Assembly: GCA_019828565.1 (NCBI GenBank)
Contig: JAHDYR010000012.1
Coordinates: 1,421,780 to 1,485,779, forward strand
Length of the DNA: 64,000 nt
Source: Carpediemonas membranifera BICM
Lineage: Eukaryota > Protista > Fornicata
Direction: 5' to 3'
Both the position numbers and the translations under genes were made by a program. A model generated the notes under the pieces. That model was not told the DNA's origin and did not search any database. It was given only the letters and a program-made list of their open reading frames with translations. Below, one piece after another: positions 35,040 to 47,428 of this stretch (position 1 is the first letter of the stretch; each line of letters starts with the position of its first letter).

Positions 35040-35110
35040 AGATTATTTGAAAACGTGTAAATTTTGTGTGAAAATTGTGTGAAAAACTGTGGCTAATTCT
35101 GCACAGAGCG

Positions 35111-35440
35111 ATGCCAAGGACGAAACCAAGGCAGATCAAGAAGAGGCCTCAAGATTTAACTGCCCGGCGGTGCAGGTTCGTCAAGTGGCCGGAGATGCCG
35201 CTTCCAGTAAGGCGTATGCCGTACAGCTCGCCGTATCCATCTTCGTGCCCGTCTCCATCCACCTCTTCGTCGTCAACGCCACCCCCCACCCAACCTGCTC
35301 CCACTCAGCCGTCGTCTTCAGCCTCTGCCACGCCCGTTGGCAGTCCGCCTTCTTCTCCTGGCCACCATTCTCCACTGAGTCAAGAGTCTCCGCACTACCA
35401 TGGATCAGATGATGATGTAACACCTGTGGTACAGCATTAA
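35111..35440 (+). CDS. small Ser/Pro-rich hypothetical protein
   Basis: ATG downstream of TGTGAAAA motifs, starts MPRTK; low complexity. Confidence 0.3.
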   Translation: MPRTKPRQIKKRPQDLTARRCRFVKWPEMPLPVRRMPYSSPYPSSCPSPSTSSSSTPPPTQPAPTQPSSSASATPVGSPPSSPGHHSPLSQESPHYHGSDDDVTPVVQH

Positions 35441-35693
35441 ACGATCATCTGATGTGTTTTTGTTACATAATTTTGCGTTGATTGCTTCAAATTGTCATGA
35501 ATTGTCACAAAACAACGGTTCAACACAGATTCAGCACAATCTCTTTCTCATTTTCATGCGAGAACGTGAAAGAGATTGTGCTGAAGCAGCTTGAGGCGCT
35601 TAATGTGACCAATCAGGCTCATACAACCATGTTTCAAGCGTTAAGAGTTTCAACAATCTAAACGCAACTTTTTTCAATTGAATTGTCCATTTA

Positions 35694-35909
35694 TCAAACA
35701 TCAGAGTTATGTAGCACAAGCACAAGCTTCTTTCGGAGATTTTCGATGGCCAAAAACATGTCAGAGACTGTGTCGTCTATAGAAATGTCCAATTTGGCTT
35801 GAAAATTGTTTTCGCGGATCTTTTTGAGACTTTCTTCTATCTTGCACACTTCATACATGTTCTTTACTGTTAATTCAGTAACATTGATGCCTCCGCGCCG
35901 CAGTTCCAT
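35694..35909 (-). CDS. small helical hypothetical protein (cassette 2)
   Basis: Same position and size as 21412-21627. Confidence 0.5.
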   Translation of the reverse strand: MELRRGGINVTELTVKNMYEVCKIEESLKKIRENNFQAKLDISIDDTVSDMFLAIENLRKKLVLVLHNSDV

Positions 35910-35945
35910 TTGGTGAAATTCGCAGTTTATGTCAGAATTTCGCGG

Positions 35946-37151
35946 ATGGACATTCCTGTAATACAAGAACCTGCGGCAGCTAAACGCGTAACAGGAGATA
36001 AGCCAAGGTATTTCCGGGCCAATCTTTATTCGGCATACCTCAATGCATTTTTTGACACGACGGTCACCAGCGGCATGGGTCTTTCCACGGCCGACATGCA
36101 CCAATGCCTGCGCATTATTCAGGAACGCCTTCTGAAACTGGTCCCAGACATCAAGGGCTATCTGTTCGCCGATAGGACCTCGCACGCAGCGATTGCCGCA
36201 ATCAAGACCTTCCAAAACGACCATTTTGGAACAGAGGAGGTCAATAACGGCGTAGCGCACAGGCTTTGTCTTGCCAGTCAACCTCAGCTCAGTAGCTTCC
36301 GCGCTCAGCTCGCTAGCATACTGAAGGCGATCGACAAGCCTGACGTATCAAATCAAGTTCAGCTTGAGGGCATCACCTGGCCCACGCTTGTCACTTATCG
36401 TCCGCCCAGAGCCAAGAATGATCCTGATCCGTCCGCCGTTCCTCCCATTTCTTCTGGTTCCACCCCCCTCCTCTCGATCAAGGCCGAGCTACCATCTGCT
36501 CGCCAGGAAACGAAGCTATCTCAGATCATGGAGTACGAGATCTCAGACGAGGATGAAGCTCTGGTCACGACTGCTCGCCGAAGGCTTGAACTTCGTCTGG
36601 ATGAGGTGGAGACCGCGGCCAAACGAGCCCGACTTGATCCAGAAATGCTTGCTGAGATAGTTTCGGCCGCTGTCATCAAGCGTATCAGTAATAAGTTCGG
36701 CCAGAGTCACACGGAACCCATCTCCGAGTCCGATCAGCCCCCCTCCGACGTACACTCTCTGGCTACTCTCTACCAGAGATCGCTGGTATATGCCTGCGTC
36801 GTTTGCCGTGCTCCCGACTGGTGGTGGAATCCAAATGTCCGCGACTTTGTAACTTGCAGCTCTTGCAAGCGTTTCATGCACAAGCATTGCCACAGACCTG
36901 GCAAAGCTGGGTCTAAGGTCCAGTGCCCATGCTGCAAGCAGTCGAAGAACCGGTGCGAAGCGTGCACAAGTGATCACAAGACTCAGAAGAAGACCAGCGA
37001 ACTGATGTCATGCTATGCCTGCCTCAAGTGGATGTGCCCGACCCACATAACTGAACTAGAGGCAAGGCTTGATCAAAGAGTGTTCACGATTCGCCTGTGT
37101 AAGATGTGCAGAAGCGTCTATGACGATCATGTGGTCAAAATGAAGTGGTAA
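35946..37151 (+). CDS. PHD-like multi-Zn-finger protein (cassette 2)
   Basis: CVVC...CSSCKRFMHKHC...CPCC; collinear with 21662-22882. Confidence 0.8.
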   Translation: MDIPVIQEPAAAKRVTGDKPRYFRANLYSAYLNAFFDTTVTSGMGLSTADMHQCLRIIQERLLKLVPDIKGYLFADRTSHAAIAAIKTFQNDHFGTEEVNNGVAHRLCLASQPQLSSFRAQLASILKAIDKPDVSNQVQLEGITWPTLVTYRPPRAKNDPDPSAVPPISSGSTPLLSIKAELPSARQETKLSQIMEYEISDEDEALVTTARRRLELRLDEVETAAKRARLDPEMLAEIVSAAVIKRISNKFGQSHTEPISESDQPPSDVHSLATLYQRSLVYACVVCRAPDWWWNPNVRDFVTCSSCKRFMHKHCHRPGKAGSKVQCPCCKQSKNRCEACTSDHKTQKKTSELMSCYACLKWMCPTHITELEARLDQRVFTIRLCKMCRSVYDDHVVKMKW

Positions 37152-37165
37152 ACAAGTGTAGAACT

Positions 37166-38217
37166 TTAATGGATCGTGCGAGTGGCATGTGCGTGTCTCT
37201 GCGTCATTTGAGTGATGAACCGCTCATCTAGAACAGTGGAAGGGTTTGTTTCCAGTGGTTTGTAGTCGGTAATGCCGGTACAGTGGTCACGAATAGACGG
37301 TAGAGGCAGAGAAGATACATACTTGGTCGGACCCAGGATCTGCATCGGCGCATTGCAGCTACTTAATGAGCCATTTGCAATCAGCCGTCTCCCAGCAGCC
37401 CCCGGCGCGTTGCGGTAGCCTGAGAAGTACCTCGACAGAAACAGCAGGGGGTTGTCCATGCACAGCGTACGATAAATCCAGAAGCAGTCTTGCAGGTGGA
37501 GCTCATTGGCCAGTACCTGCTCTGGAGTGAGGATGATGCAGGTGTGCCTGTACGGTTTCGTCGAAATCGTCTTCATCAGCTCGGTTGTCTCGGCCGTGTC
37601 GTTATCTCTAGTACACGTGGCGAAGTAAATCATACGCACACGTGTTTGATCGACGACTGTAGGCTCCTTGAATGCGGCCGTGATCAACTCCACAAAGTTG
37701 TGGAGGAACAGGGCATCGTTTGTGGCCGCATCAATGACCAAGCGAGAAGTACTAGTCTCCGTATGGCCAGAAATGACCCAATACGTGTCGAAGTTGGCGT
37801 AAAGATCGGCCAGGGTCCTCAATTTGGAAACCAAATCTGCTGTCGAGGAGAACGACACGGCCTCGATTGTGAGGTACTGGTCACCCATGGTCTCAAGGAT
37901 CGTCTTGAGCTTGACATGGTACCCTGCCGCGTCTGGCATGTGCTCAAGGTGGAACACGGCGAATGAGTCGCGAGAGGAGGCGAACCCGTTCTCTGGCTCA
38001 AGAACAACGAGCACGCGACGGTTGACAAGGTTGTCCAGAGTGAGCGGGCAGGAGTGGAACCTTGTCAAGCTGTCCGGAGGGTGATGAGGGAGGATACCAA
38101 TTCCTCGATAGCCGCGACGCTTGTCTCTTTGCCGCAAACACACTCAAGCACCTTATCAGAGCCTTCTACGGCTCTTACAGCGTTCTCATTGAACACAAGC
38201 GGCAGTTCTTCGCTCAT
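37166..38217 (-). CDS. caspase/CHAT-like peptidase (cassette 2), frameshift near 38070
   Basis: YWVISGH...RMIYFATC; N-terminal ECVCG as in cassette 1. Confidence 0.65.
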
Positions 38218-38455
38218 TTCACAAATTTCAGAATGTGCCACCATGAAAAAAAAATTGGCACAAGCACAGTACGGCCTGATAGCTGAAGTTTTGGCCTATA
38301 ACAACCTGGAATATGTTGTTTCATCTTTGCATAAATCCATTCCCATTCATGTGTACGTCAGCAATAGGCGTTTAGCAGTGTTTCAGAAACTTTCGCGATA
38401 TTTTCACAAGATGTTTTTGCGAAAATTGGCTTTTTCGCATAACGAGAGGACTTCA

Positions 38456-39228
38456 ATGGCACGTAGTAAGGCACCAGCTCATCCCCCGATCGACAGCGAC
38501 AATTCAAGCGCATCTGCTGATGCTAGCGAGCAGCTTGATGATCCGATGACGCTCCCGCAGGACGTTGTCCATCGAATTTACCCAGGTGCCACTGATGAGG
38601 AGATATCCGATCTCCGGAAGAAGTGTCACGGCATCACCCGCGTCTATGTGATGCCTGACTGGCTGCCGGCGGCCGAGTCTTGCTGCGCTCCCTTCCTCGA
38701 GGTCGTTAAGGAGCAACCAGCCCGTGACGCCGAGACTGGGCATGTTGGCAGAGGGATGATGGCTGTCCAGGAGGTCAAAGAGGGGACCTTCCTCGGCGTC
38801 TACTGTGGCCAGCTCCTCTCAGAGGAAGAATACCTCGCCAGCAACACGTCGATGGTGTTTGTTACCCTTTATTTCATTTACATAGAATCTCCTTTTGGAA
38901 CAAGGTGCGTGTGGACTCCACTGAGCTATCCTACGCCAGTGGAGTCCACCTGATCAATCACAGCGATGACTATAACTGTGTATGCAGCGAGGGCGTGCTC
39001 TGCGGCCTCCCTGTTCTTGGTGTGTATGCCAATAAGCGCATCGAGAAGGATGAGTTCCTTCGCATTGACTATCAGGAGGACTACTGGAAGGATTCGGAGG
39101 TCAAGAAAGTCGAAGTGGCTCACTTTCGGGCCCTCGAAATGACTGACAAGCGGTACATCTCCAACTTGAAGAGGATGTATCCCAGTTTACGTCAACCTCA
39201 GCGCGCGGGAATTAAGAAGAAGAAGTAA
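38456..39228 (+). CDS. SET-domain methyltransferase (cassette 2); intron 38857-38885
   Basis: VGRGM...GVYCG, GVHLINHS, DEFLRIDY; 29-nt intron at the same codon as in cassette 1. Confidence 0.88.
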
Positions 39229-39256
39229 ATCATGTCTGATCAATCACTTTACTCTC

Positions 39257-40884
39257 TTAGAGTTTCTCCGAAGTCGTCGCACGGGCCTTGCTCTTACCAT
39301 CGCGACGTAGGAATATATGCATAGGAGTAACATCGGCAGGAGATGAGTGCTCCTTGCTGCTCATATCTGGCGGCAGGTCGACCGCCGGAGAGTGCTGGTT
39401 GATGATAGCCTTCATCTCTGGCGACAGACCGAGGTCGAGGGGTGGGACCGTTATGAACTTCTGGCCCCCGTACCTCATCATGGTGCTATTGATCCGAGTC
39501 CATAAGGCTCCAGTCACATTGTTCCTCTGGAACAGTACCATCAAGGCAGCGAGAGGAACGTAGCGGTCAAGCTCCACTGTTGCCTCCTCGGCGCGCCTGA
39601 CAAGCTCAGCCCAGTTGTCCTCGAGTTCATCGGCGAGCGCTTCAAGCCCAGCCTCACTCGCCCGTGCCAACTCTTCTTGAGTAAACTGATGGATCGCCTG
39701 ATCCTCGGCCTTCTGCTGACCTAACTCAGCTTCAAGTCTCTTCTGGGACTCCTCAGAATCTCTGTTAGCCTGTTCAAGCGCCTCCCTCGCCTCCCGCTCC
39801 TCAGCAAGCCGTTTCATCAAGGGCTCGTACTGCTCCAACAAGCGCACAGACTCGGGTACATCATCAAGGCCTGCACTGGTGTCGTCTAGCTGCTCAAGGA
39901 GAGAACCAACGGTGTCTGTGTCGTCCACATCAGACTCTACGTCGATGTCTTGATCAGTCTGGGGCAAAGGAACGCCGTCACCCTGCATGGCGGCCGGTTC
40001 AGAGTGGTCATCAGACTCGGACTCGTCAGTGTCGGAAAATTCATCGTGTGTCGTGGACTCTGCGTCGACAACCGGAAGCGGCTGAGGGGCAGCAACGACG
40101 GCAGAAGGCTTGGTGGCTGCTGCTGAGTGGTCCTGGGCCCGGACTAACTCCTCTTGGACCTTCATCAGAGCAGCAGTCGATGAGGCGAGCTCCTTCTCAA
40201 GACGAGCGATCTTCCTCTTCAGAGGAGCTGACGGATCGAGCGAACCGATCTTAGCCAACTCCTCGGTCAGCTTCTCTGAGCCAGCGAAGGACAGCTTCTT
40301 GCTGAGCTGGGCGTGGGCGATAAACTGGCCAAATTGGCCTGCCGGAACACGAGAATCGAGTTTCTTCGAGTCCTTGTGGCGCAACACAAGGTGGAATGCG
40401 CGGTAAATCTCAACCTGCTTCTCAACAGGGGAGCGAGTCGACGCCGACTAGAGCCTTATGAACAGATTTGGCGGTGAAGTGGTCACAAAACTTCCGTCGG
40501 AATGCCTCAATTGTGTCGGGAGAGTCAAAGTCGACCTCGCAGAGGTAGTTGCGGTTAGTTGCGTCACATATCGCGCGTAGTTTGGCAACTCCATAGTCGT
40601 GAACGTGCTGGCTTAAAGTGCGCTTCAACGGGAACCCGAAAACAACGTTGATCGTACGAATGCTGATCAGACGGACGCAAACGAAGAACAGAGGGTCATC
40701 AGAGACGATGCCGTGATCTTGCAGCCAGGTTATACGGCTCTTTGTGGACGAAAGGGCGTCGTATGCACGGAATGAATCATCTGTGTAAATAGGACCGTGA
40801 AAATGAAAGTGACATACCAGAATCGTCAGGAGCAAGCATTGTCTCCTTCAGTTTGCCGAGAGAGATGATTTCTTCGTTAACCAT
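39257..40884 (-). CDS. coiled-coil protein (cassette 2), lacks the OTU-like domain; intron 40781-40817, frameshift near 40428
   Basis: Near-identical to 25632-27129 but stops before the protease domain. Confidence 0.7.
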
Positions 40885-41486
40885 TGTCAATTTGGTCCTC
40901 AGAAGACTTTCTCGAAAAATGAAATACGTTTTATCTCAATAAATATTGCCAGCTGTCATGTAAATACCTCCGAGCAGCCATAAAGACCCAATAGCTACCC
41001 CTTGGCCGATTTTCAGCTCATTCTGCACCTGCGCTGTTTTGGCCGTTTTTCGATGGGCATCTCATCGCTCCATTTTCGATTTTGTCAATTTGGTCCTCAG
41101 AGGACACAGATTAAATTTTTCAGTGTCCTCTGAGGACAACATTGACAGGATTGTAGCTTATCCAGAACTTGGAGGTGGCCAGAAACTGAAATCGCTGAAA
41201 AGCTCAGAGACGTCGTTATATCATCTATAACGGCATCTCTGAGCTTTTGGGCGCACGGTTTCATCCTGACGTGGAGATCGATGCTTGTGAAAATGAAGAA
41301 TCGACTAGGAGAGCTCTACGCTTGCATGCAGCCTTCTATTAGGTTGTTGATGTTGGTTATATGCTTATTTTTCGTTCTCGATGCGTGTGGATGAGTACTC
41401 TGTTGCAAGATTCATTTTGATGGACTGATGTTGGTTATAGAGGATAAAGGCATCAGAATGGATCATATGCATGCTATAAACCCGTT
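39386..41486 (+). repeat. near-identical 2.1-kb direct duplicate of 25632-27730
   Basis: Only scattered substitutions and a 1-bp indel visible by eye. Confidence 0.92.
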
Positions 41487-41605
41487 ACATGCTGTTGTAA
41501 TGGCGCTACTTGTTCTTCATCATCACTTTGCCCTGATGTTTCGCAGTTGTTTCCCTAAAGTGCAAAATTTCACTGAGATTTCACGCGCATTTTAAGGAAA
41601 CAATC

Positions 41606-42361
41606 ATGGCAAGGAGTAATCCGAAGGCAAGAGTGCCGAAAAGGCCTAACGCGCAGAGAAGGAAGCTTGGTGCTCGCAACCAGAAGCAGTTGAACTTGTC
41701 GAAGAAGCAGCGCAAGATCACTATGGCTGCATTGGACCTTGTCCAATCCTTCATCAACTCTCTCGAGGATCCGGGCGAGATTGAGAGGGCAAACAAGATC
41801 GTGACGGAGGCAAACAACCTGGGGCGCGACCATGACGTCCGTGACCTGAATCCCACGTCAGCCCGCGACAACAACGATTACAGGCACGCCACCGTGAGGG
41901 ATATTGAGGCGGCCTACACCGGAGATGGCGATAATGGCACCCTGAAGCGTTTTGCGGCTCTGGTCAGCCTCGACGGCGACGACGAAGACGAGCTTCGCCC
42001 TGATGACCCCCTCATGGCCTGCGTTAAGTCGCACAGGGATCTTTTCCTCAAGATTCCCGCTGGCCTGAGGGAGGAGGTGCACCAGTTCGTGTCTTCTCAG
42101 CTCGACATCCCCACGGAGACGATCCGGCACATCCTCCATGCCAACACCCAGTCCTCCGACGCCACTGAGATCTTCAAGCGACCCACACTGGTCCCGAAGA
42201 GGTCCTATTCTTCCGTGGAGGAGCTCGGTGATATCATTGTCGCGCAGAACCGGAAGCGTGTGGAGGCGGAGCGGCGCGATGCCATACGTCGCAAGATCTA
42301 CGAGACGATCATGATGTTCTACATGATCCAGTCTACTAAGCAGACCCCAGAGACCGATTAA
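41606..42361 (+). CDS. basic N-terminal hypothetical protein (cassette 2)
   Basis: 251 aa paralog of 27819-28580. Confidence 0.75.
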   Translation: MARSNPKARVPKRPNAQRRKLGARNQKQLNLSKKQRKITMAALDLVQSFINSLEDPGEIERANKIVTEANNLGRDHDVRDLNPTSARDNNDYRHATVRDIEAAYTGDGDNGTLKRFAALVSLDGDDEDELRPDDPLMACVKSHRDLFLKIPAGLREEVHQFVSSQLDIPTETIRHILHANTQSSDATEIFKRPTLVPKRSYSSVEELGDIIVAQNRKRVEAERRDAIRRKIYETIMMFYMIQSTKQTPETD

Positions 42362-42376
42362 ATCATCATGTGACTT

Positions 42377-43355
42377 TTACTCATACTCAATATTCCAGGC
42401 GGCTTCCCAGTAGTTATCTTTCTTGCGATCTGCGTGCGATCTGTAGTAAGACCGGAGAGCAGCCATCTTGATAACGAAGACGAGGTGACCCTCCTCGATA
42501 TGCTTGAGGATCATCTTCCGCTGGGTGCTTCTCGTGGTGTTTGTGGACTTTTGCTTGCTCGCCTCCTTGATCGACTTGAGCTTCTTCTTCATTGCCATCG
42601 TCAAGTCATCCTCCGTCTGAGTCAGTGTGATGTACTCGTTCGGGCTTTCGGGCATGGGGTGGGTTGGGGCGGGTTGTCGGCGAGATGAGGCAGGATCATT
42701 GGAAGGCTGGGGTGGGGAAATGAGGTGCCGCAAGCCCTGACGACGCCGATAAGCGTCACCCGCGCTGTGGAGAAATGTGGTGATCTCCCTCACACACCCA
42801 ACACAGTCGGCAAGAGACTGACCCAAAGCCTCCCACTTGGTGCCAGAGAGCGCTGCCTCCAACGTGTAGCTCGGGCTGGAGGTATCCTCGATAGACTCCA
42901 ATTCCGCTGCAGGTAGCGATGTCACGAATCCAAGCTCCTTGTAGAACTCCAGGACAGTCTCATCACACTGGAGCCTGAGCTTGGCGCCGGCAGACGCAAC
43001 AGCGAGCAGGATTGACGCATATCCCTTGCCTCGGTGGGCCACCTTCGTGCCAAGAGTAACGACGTACTTACTCTTGAAGTTCGGCACACCCGAAATGCCC
43101 TCCTGTACCATGAGCAGCATAGAGACGATGTCGTTGGTGGTGGTGCTGACAATGGCGATCATGCTATGTAAGAGCTTGGGGTGGGTCATACAGGGTGTTG
43201 TTCAGTTCAATGGCACTGAGCATTTCCGTAACATGAAATGACGACAGGAAGGACAGTACGCTGTGCACATACTGGCTGTTGTCGTCCAGTAGTACATATA
43301 CTAGGTGACAACCATCCATGGCCAATATCGTGTTCTTCCAGTCGTCGTTAGGCAT
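42377..43355 (-). CDS. GNAT-family acetyltransferase (cassette 2); intron 43164-43191
   Basis: LGTKVAHRGKGYASILL, FYKELGF; 28-nt intron at the conserved position. Confidence 0.85.
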
Positions 43356-43565
43356 GTTTCACGCTTCTGCTGAAATTTTTCACACAGATTTCGCAAACTG
43401 CATTTGTGCCACCATGAAAAAAAAATGGCACAAAACGAATTGAAGTCAATTCACGACTTATTCGACGAGTAGGGGGTCAGGCAAGTATTATGGGCGCATT
43501 ATCTTTCCCGGCAAGCGAAATGTATTCTCATCAATCATGCTTTTACAATCTCAGCTTTTCTATCT

Positions 43566-44321
43566 CTACTCACGGCATAGACAGCAAAGAAGCTCAACCC
43601 CGTCATCATCTTCAGACAGCACGCACTCCATATAGTCTTCTTCCCACTCAAGCGACGTGTGAGTTGTGATGAACCCGAAAATGTCCTGAATAAGCCGGGA
43701 AAACTGGTCAAGATGAGATCTACTGGGCGTGTACTCCTGCTGCGTGTCCTCCCGTATGCTCATCCACTGCTCTGACTCAAGACAGCAGCAGTGAATGCGA
43801 ACCCGCCGAAGGTTGTCAAGCCTTGGCACTCCGTAATCCTGTCTGCCGGGAGATCGGTTATCTGTCACCAGGATATGAGCCATAGATGCCTGCTCCGTGA
43901 GTATTACCTTCTCGAGAATAGCCTTACGACGTTCAGCAGACTTTGCCATCTGATTCTCGATGAAGTCCCTCTCAAAGTATTCCTCCAGAAGATAGAACAT
44001 CGGAATCATCAAGTGTTGGTAGCTTAGCGGCTGAGCGGTGAGTCGGGTGCTGACGTATAATGTCTGTGCGCTTACCGAGACCTTGTCCACAAGGCTGGGA
44101 GGCAGTATCTTGAGAGATGAGCTGTCAGTCTGCTGAAGAGCCATAGTCACGTGGAGAAGGTGACACATGCCTGCAGCAAGGAAATGAAATGATACTACTG
44201 AGTCGGTCGGTTTGACAGTCGAGTAGTACAACGCCTGGAGATATCCGATAAGGCGCATTATATCTTGGACTGGCTCTGGAAGGGCGATATAGTCCTCTCT
44301 GACGAGATTTGCCATGCGGAC
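43566..44321 (-). pseudogene. C-terminal part of cassette-2 transposase
   Basis: VRMAN...LIGYLQALYYST...LLEEYFERDF; continues the reading frame from 59438. Confidence 0.8.
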
Positions 44322-45062
44322 CATACTGTCAACATCCCTAGATTATCTTTGCTAAACCCTAGATTATCTTCGACCTCAAAACGCTAGATAATCTACAATT
44401 TCTTGCTCAGAAATGAAGTATTCATTAAATTTAAGCTATTTAGAGATAAACGAAGGTCTTCTTTAGAGTCCATATGATGTACGTAGAGCATGGAAAGAAG
44501 CTCTGGCTCTGACTCCTTGCCTGGTTTGAGCATTTCGCCGTGCAGGTTAAGACGAAACGATAAAATGGACAATAACAGAAAATCTAACAGGTAGATTCAC
44601 TACGATAGTGATTATGTGAGTAGTTGAAAGGAGGTACATATGCGCATAATCACTTTCAGAGTGAATCTACCTGTTAGATTTTGAGATATGGTCGATTTCT
44701 TGTTTTTTGACTTGGCTAGAGTCGAATTGAAGAAAAGGAGAGGCTATTACTCAGGGAATATTGCTCGTCAAAGAAAAGCAAGCAAGGCCGCGAGGTATGG
44801 CCACCCGACCTACAAGATGGGCTGGGTGTCATCGCGTAAGGACGACCGGTCGTGCGCGGTCAACGCTGACAAAACTTAGCGATTCAGAGAAATAAATGGC
44901 GCCACCGTATTCAGCACAAGGCAGTGAACTCAGCTATATGTTTTTTTCTCAGTATATTTACCCAGCGGCTGATCCCACAGTTTAAGGACGGGTATTAGCC
45001 TGCACTTTGCATGAAAAAATTATGCCTGAACACGACCAATTATCCAAAACACAGCATTTAGC

Positions 45063-45272
45063 ATGCAACAGGAGCTGGAAGCAGCTGCAACATCTATTCT
45101 AGGCCATTCCACAACCATTAAAAAGCAAGAAATTGACGCAATAGAGGCCATTCAGTCCCATTACTTCATAGATTCACGCTTGAACGATATTACGAGCCTT
45201 ATCAGGCGAGAAACAAGAAAGCTGAACGCGATTGGTGACTCCTTTCTCGCTGAGACATATGCAGCATACTGA
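45063..45272 (+). CDS. small helical protein, weakly similar to the cassette small ORFs
   Basis: 69 aa; RLND...IGDxF shared with 21412-21627. Confidence 0.35.
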   Translation: MQQELEAAATSILGHSTTIKKQEIDAIEAIQSHYFIDSRLNDITSLIRRETRKLNAIGDSFLAETYAAY

Positions 45273-46264
45273 CAGCCACGACACGCTGTTCAAGCAGATT
45301 TAAGGGAGCGCCATCACCAAACACGTAAATAGACCTGTATACGACAACCAGAGACGGACGTATGAGTCAGAACGGTGTGCTACCGGAATACGCAGGGTGT
45401 TTTTGTGCCCTGTTGATTCCAGGAGCACGCTGCTCTGGGCCACGTGAGATACCGCGAGACTAAATCCGATCTTTACTATCTCTTACATATGCAAATATCA
45501 TGAGTGTGTCCCTGCTCGTGAATGGGAACATCCAGCCAGTCTGAGTCAAAGCTACGGTCTGCTTTCGACAAGACAGTGCGCCATAGGCCGTTGACTAAAC
45601 ACCATGTGCAGCTTTTGGCACTCAGTCGACCTCTGTTTGAAGGTCAAGTGGATGGTCTATGGAAGAAGGTGTTGAGGTAGGGCTCGTGTTTGACGGGCAA
45701 TGAGGAAGGAGAGATCTCACTGGATGTGTGCATCTGCGGCAAGTATGAGTAAAGAATGAAAACATGATTGGTAGTTATAGATCGCGAGAATAGGCATTCT
45801 CATCTGCATTGCGGAGAAAAGGAGTTGATGTTGTATTAAGAAAAGGACGAATGCATTATCAGCCATTTGAATGCATGGCTCCAAACTACACGCGTTTTGG
45901 CGTTGATATTGATTATTAAATGCACTGTTGGTAGCCTATTGAGGGATTTCGTCACTGTACTCGAATGCACAAGTGTGCATTTTATGCTCGCAACGAGACT
46001 GAAATGGCGAACTGACGAATAGAAAGAATACGCTGCAAAAGGGGGCACAATGCGCTCAGAGAGCGATACTGCCGACAGTATCGTCTTTTCCTTCATCTGA
46101 CATTGTAAAGAGGAAGAGTTTATGATTGGAGCATAGCTGATGTCCATAAACACCATTCATAAGCCAGTCCTGGCTTGTTTTCCACTGCTACTTCTCTCGT
46201 TGCGACGCACAGCTAGCTGTCGCGAAATGCACTTTAAGACCAATTTTCACACAGCTACCTGTGC

Positions 46265-46481
46265 ATGGTGTTCGAGCTAGATAGCGACAAGCTGGAGCGA
46301 CTTACTTCCTTACCTGGTAATAGTAGACAATATCTGCACGACTTTGAACCTGAAAAGCTGCAGGTCGTGATCAAAGTTGATGAGCATTATGGTATGGAGG
46401 TTCCCACCCTGCTAGCGCTCAAGGACAGTCCGCATGTCCTCCCTGTCGTCGATACAGGTTTTGTCGACCGTGATCCAGCCT
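46265..46481 (+). pseudogene. N-terminal fragment of the cassette kinase
   Basis: Close nucleotide match to 33732-33950 including about 120 bp upstream; truncated after DTGFVD. Confidence 0.85.
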
Positions 46482-47428
46482 ATATGCGGTATTGCAATTT
46501 CAGAATTTCGTACATACAAAATTATCAAATACTTGGATTCGACCTAAACTTGGCTCAGATCCGCAATCCTGAGCTGGAGTGGGTTCATGGGAACATTTTA
46601 AAATTTTAAAGTAGTCATGAACATCCAAATTCTAAGACAATCTCCGGTACTGGTGTAGTCCGTTTAGGACAAGAACACTTTATGAGGAAAAGAGACGACA
46701 CCAAAAGTGTCGACAGAAACCTGAAGACTATGTAAATAATGTTACTATGTAAATATTGGGTAAGACCCACGACACCGCCCCTCCATGGACCCCAAAGGGG
46801 CCATGGCCTCAGGCGTATGCCACTCGTACTGATGTACGATGAGGGACTTGACCAGTTCCGAGACCTCCGATGCCACTCATTGGACCGCAGAACTCTTGCA
46901 CCTTGGCGGGGTACAAGGGTGAATACCTTGTTCAAGTCTGGTGCCAGAACTGGCGATGTGAATCTAAAAGATTCGGAAAATATCTGTGGATCTCAAAAAA
47001 TCCGGTCGTGGTACCACTGGTTAGCGCGCTATGTAATATGGATGATCTTACGTGAGGCATTCCGCCCCTCCACGGTCGTAAAACGGCCGTTAGAATTTGA
47101 ATAGCTCGAATGAGCGTCTAAAACTGCACATTGTGATGATCGTTGTGCTTCTCTCGGTTTGTACACTACGTCGCCGTACTTCTTATATAGCGTTTGAAAA
47201 ACGCCCTTAGAGGCCTCAATTCGGCTTCGTTCGCGAGTTCTCGCGTTTTTTGTTTTGGACGAAGCGACGTTCTCTCTCGCGGCTGTAAAAAGCCTTCCTT
47301 CGTCATTAATAACATCAGTCGTGCTCAAATTGAGCATAAATACCTGTGTATCCGGATCTGTTAGTGATGGTTACGGTTTCTTTTGAGTCGTTCATTTCCC
47401 AGTGAAAACGGGAAGCAACGAACAGTCA

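Noticed and set aside
21412-43566. Endogenous virus or Polinton/Maverick
   Set aside because: No DNA polymerase B, packaging ATPase or capsid-like ORF recognised; genes have spliceosomal introns
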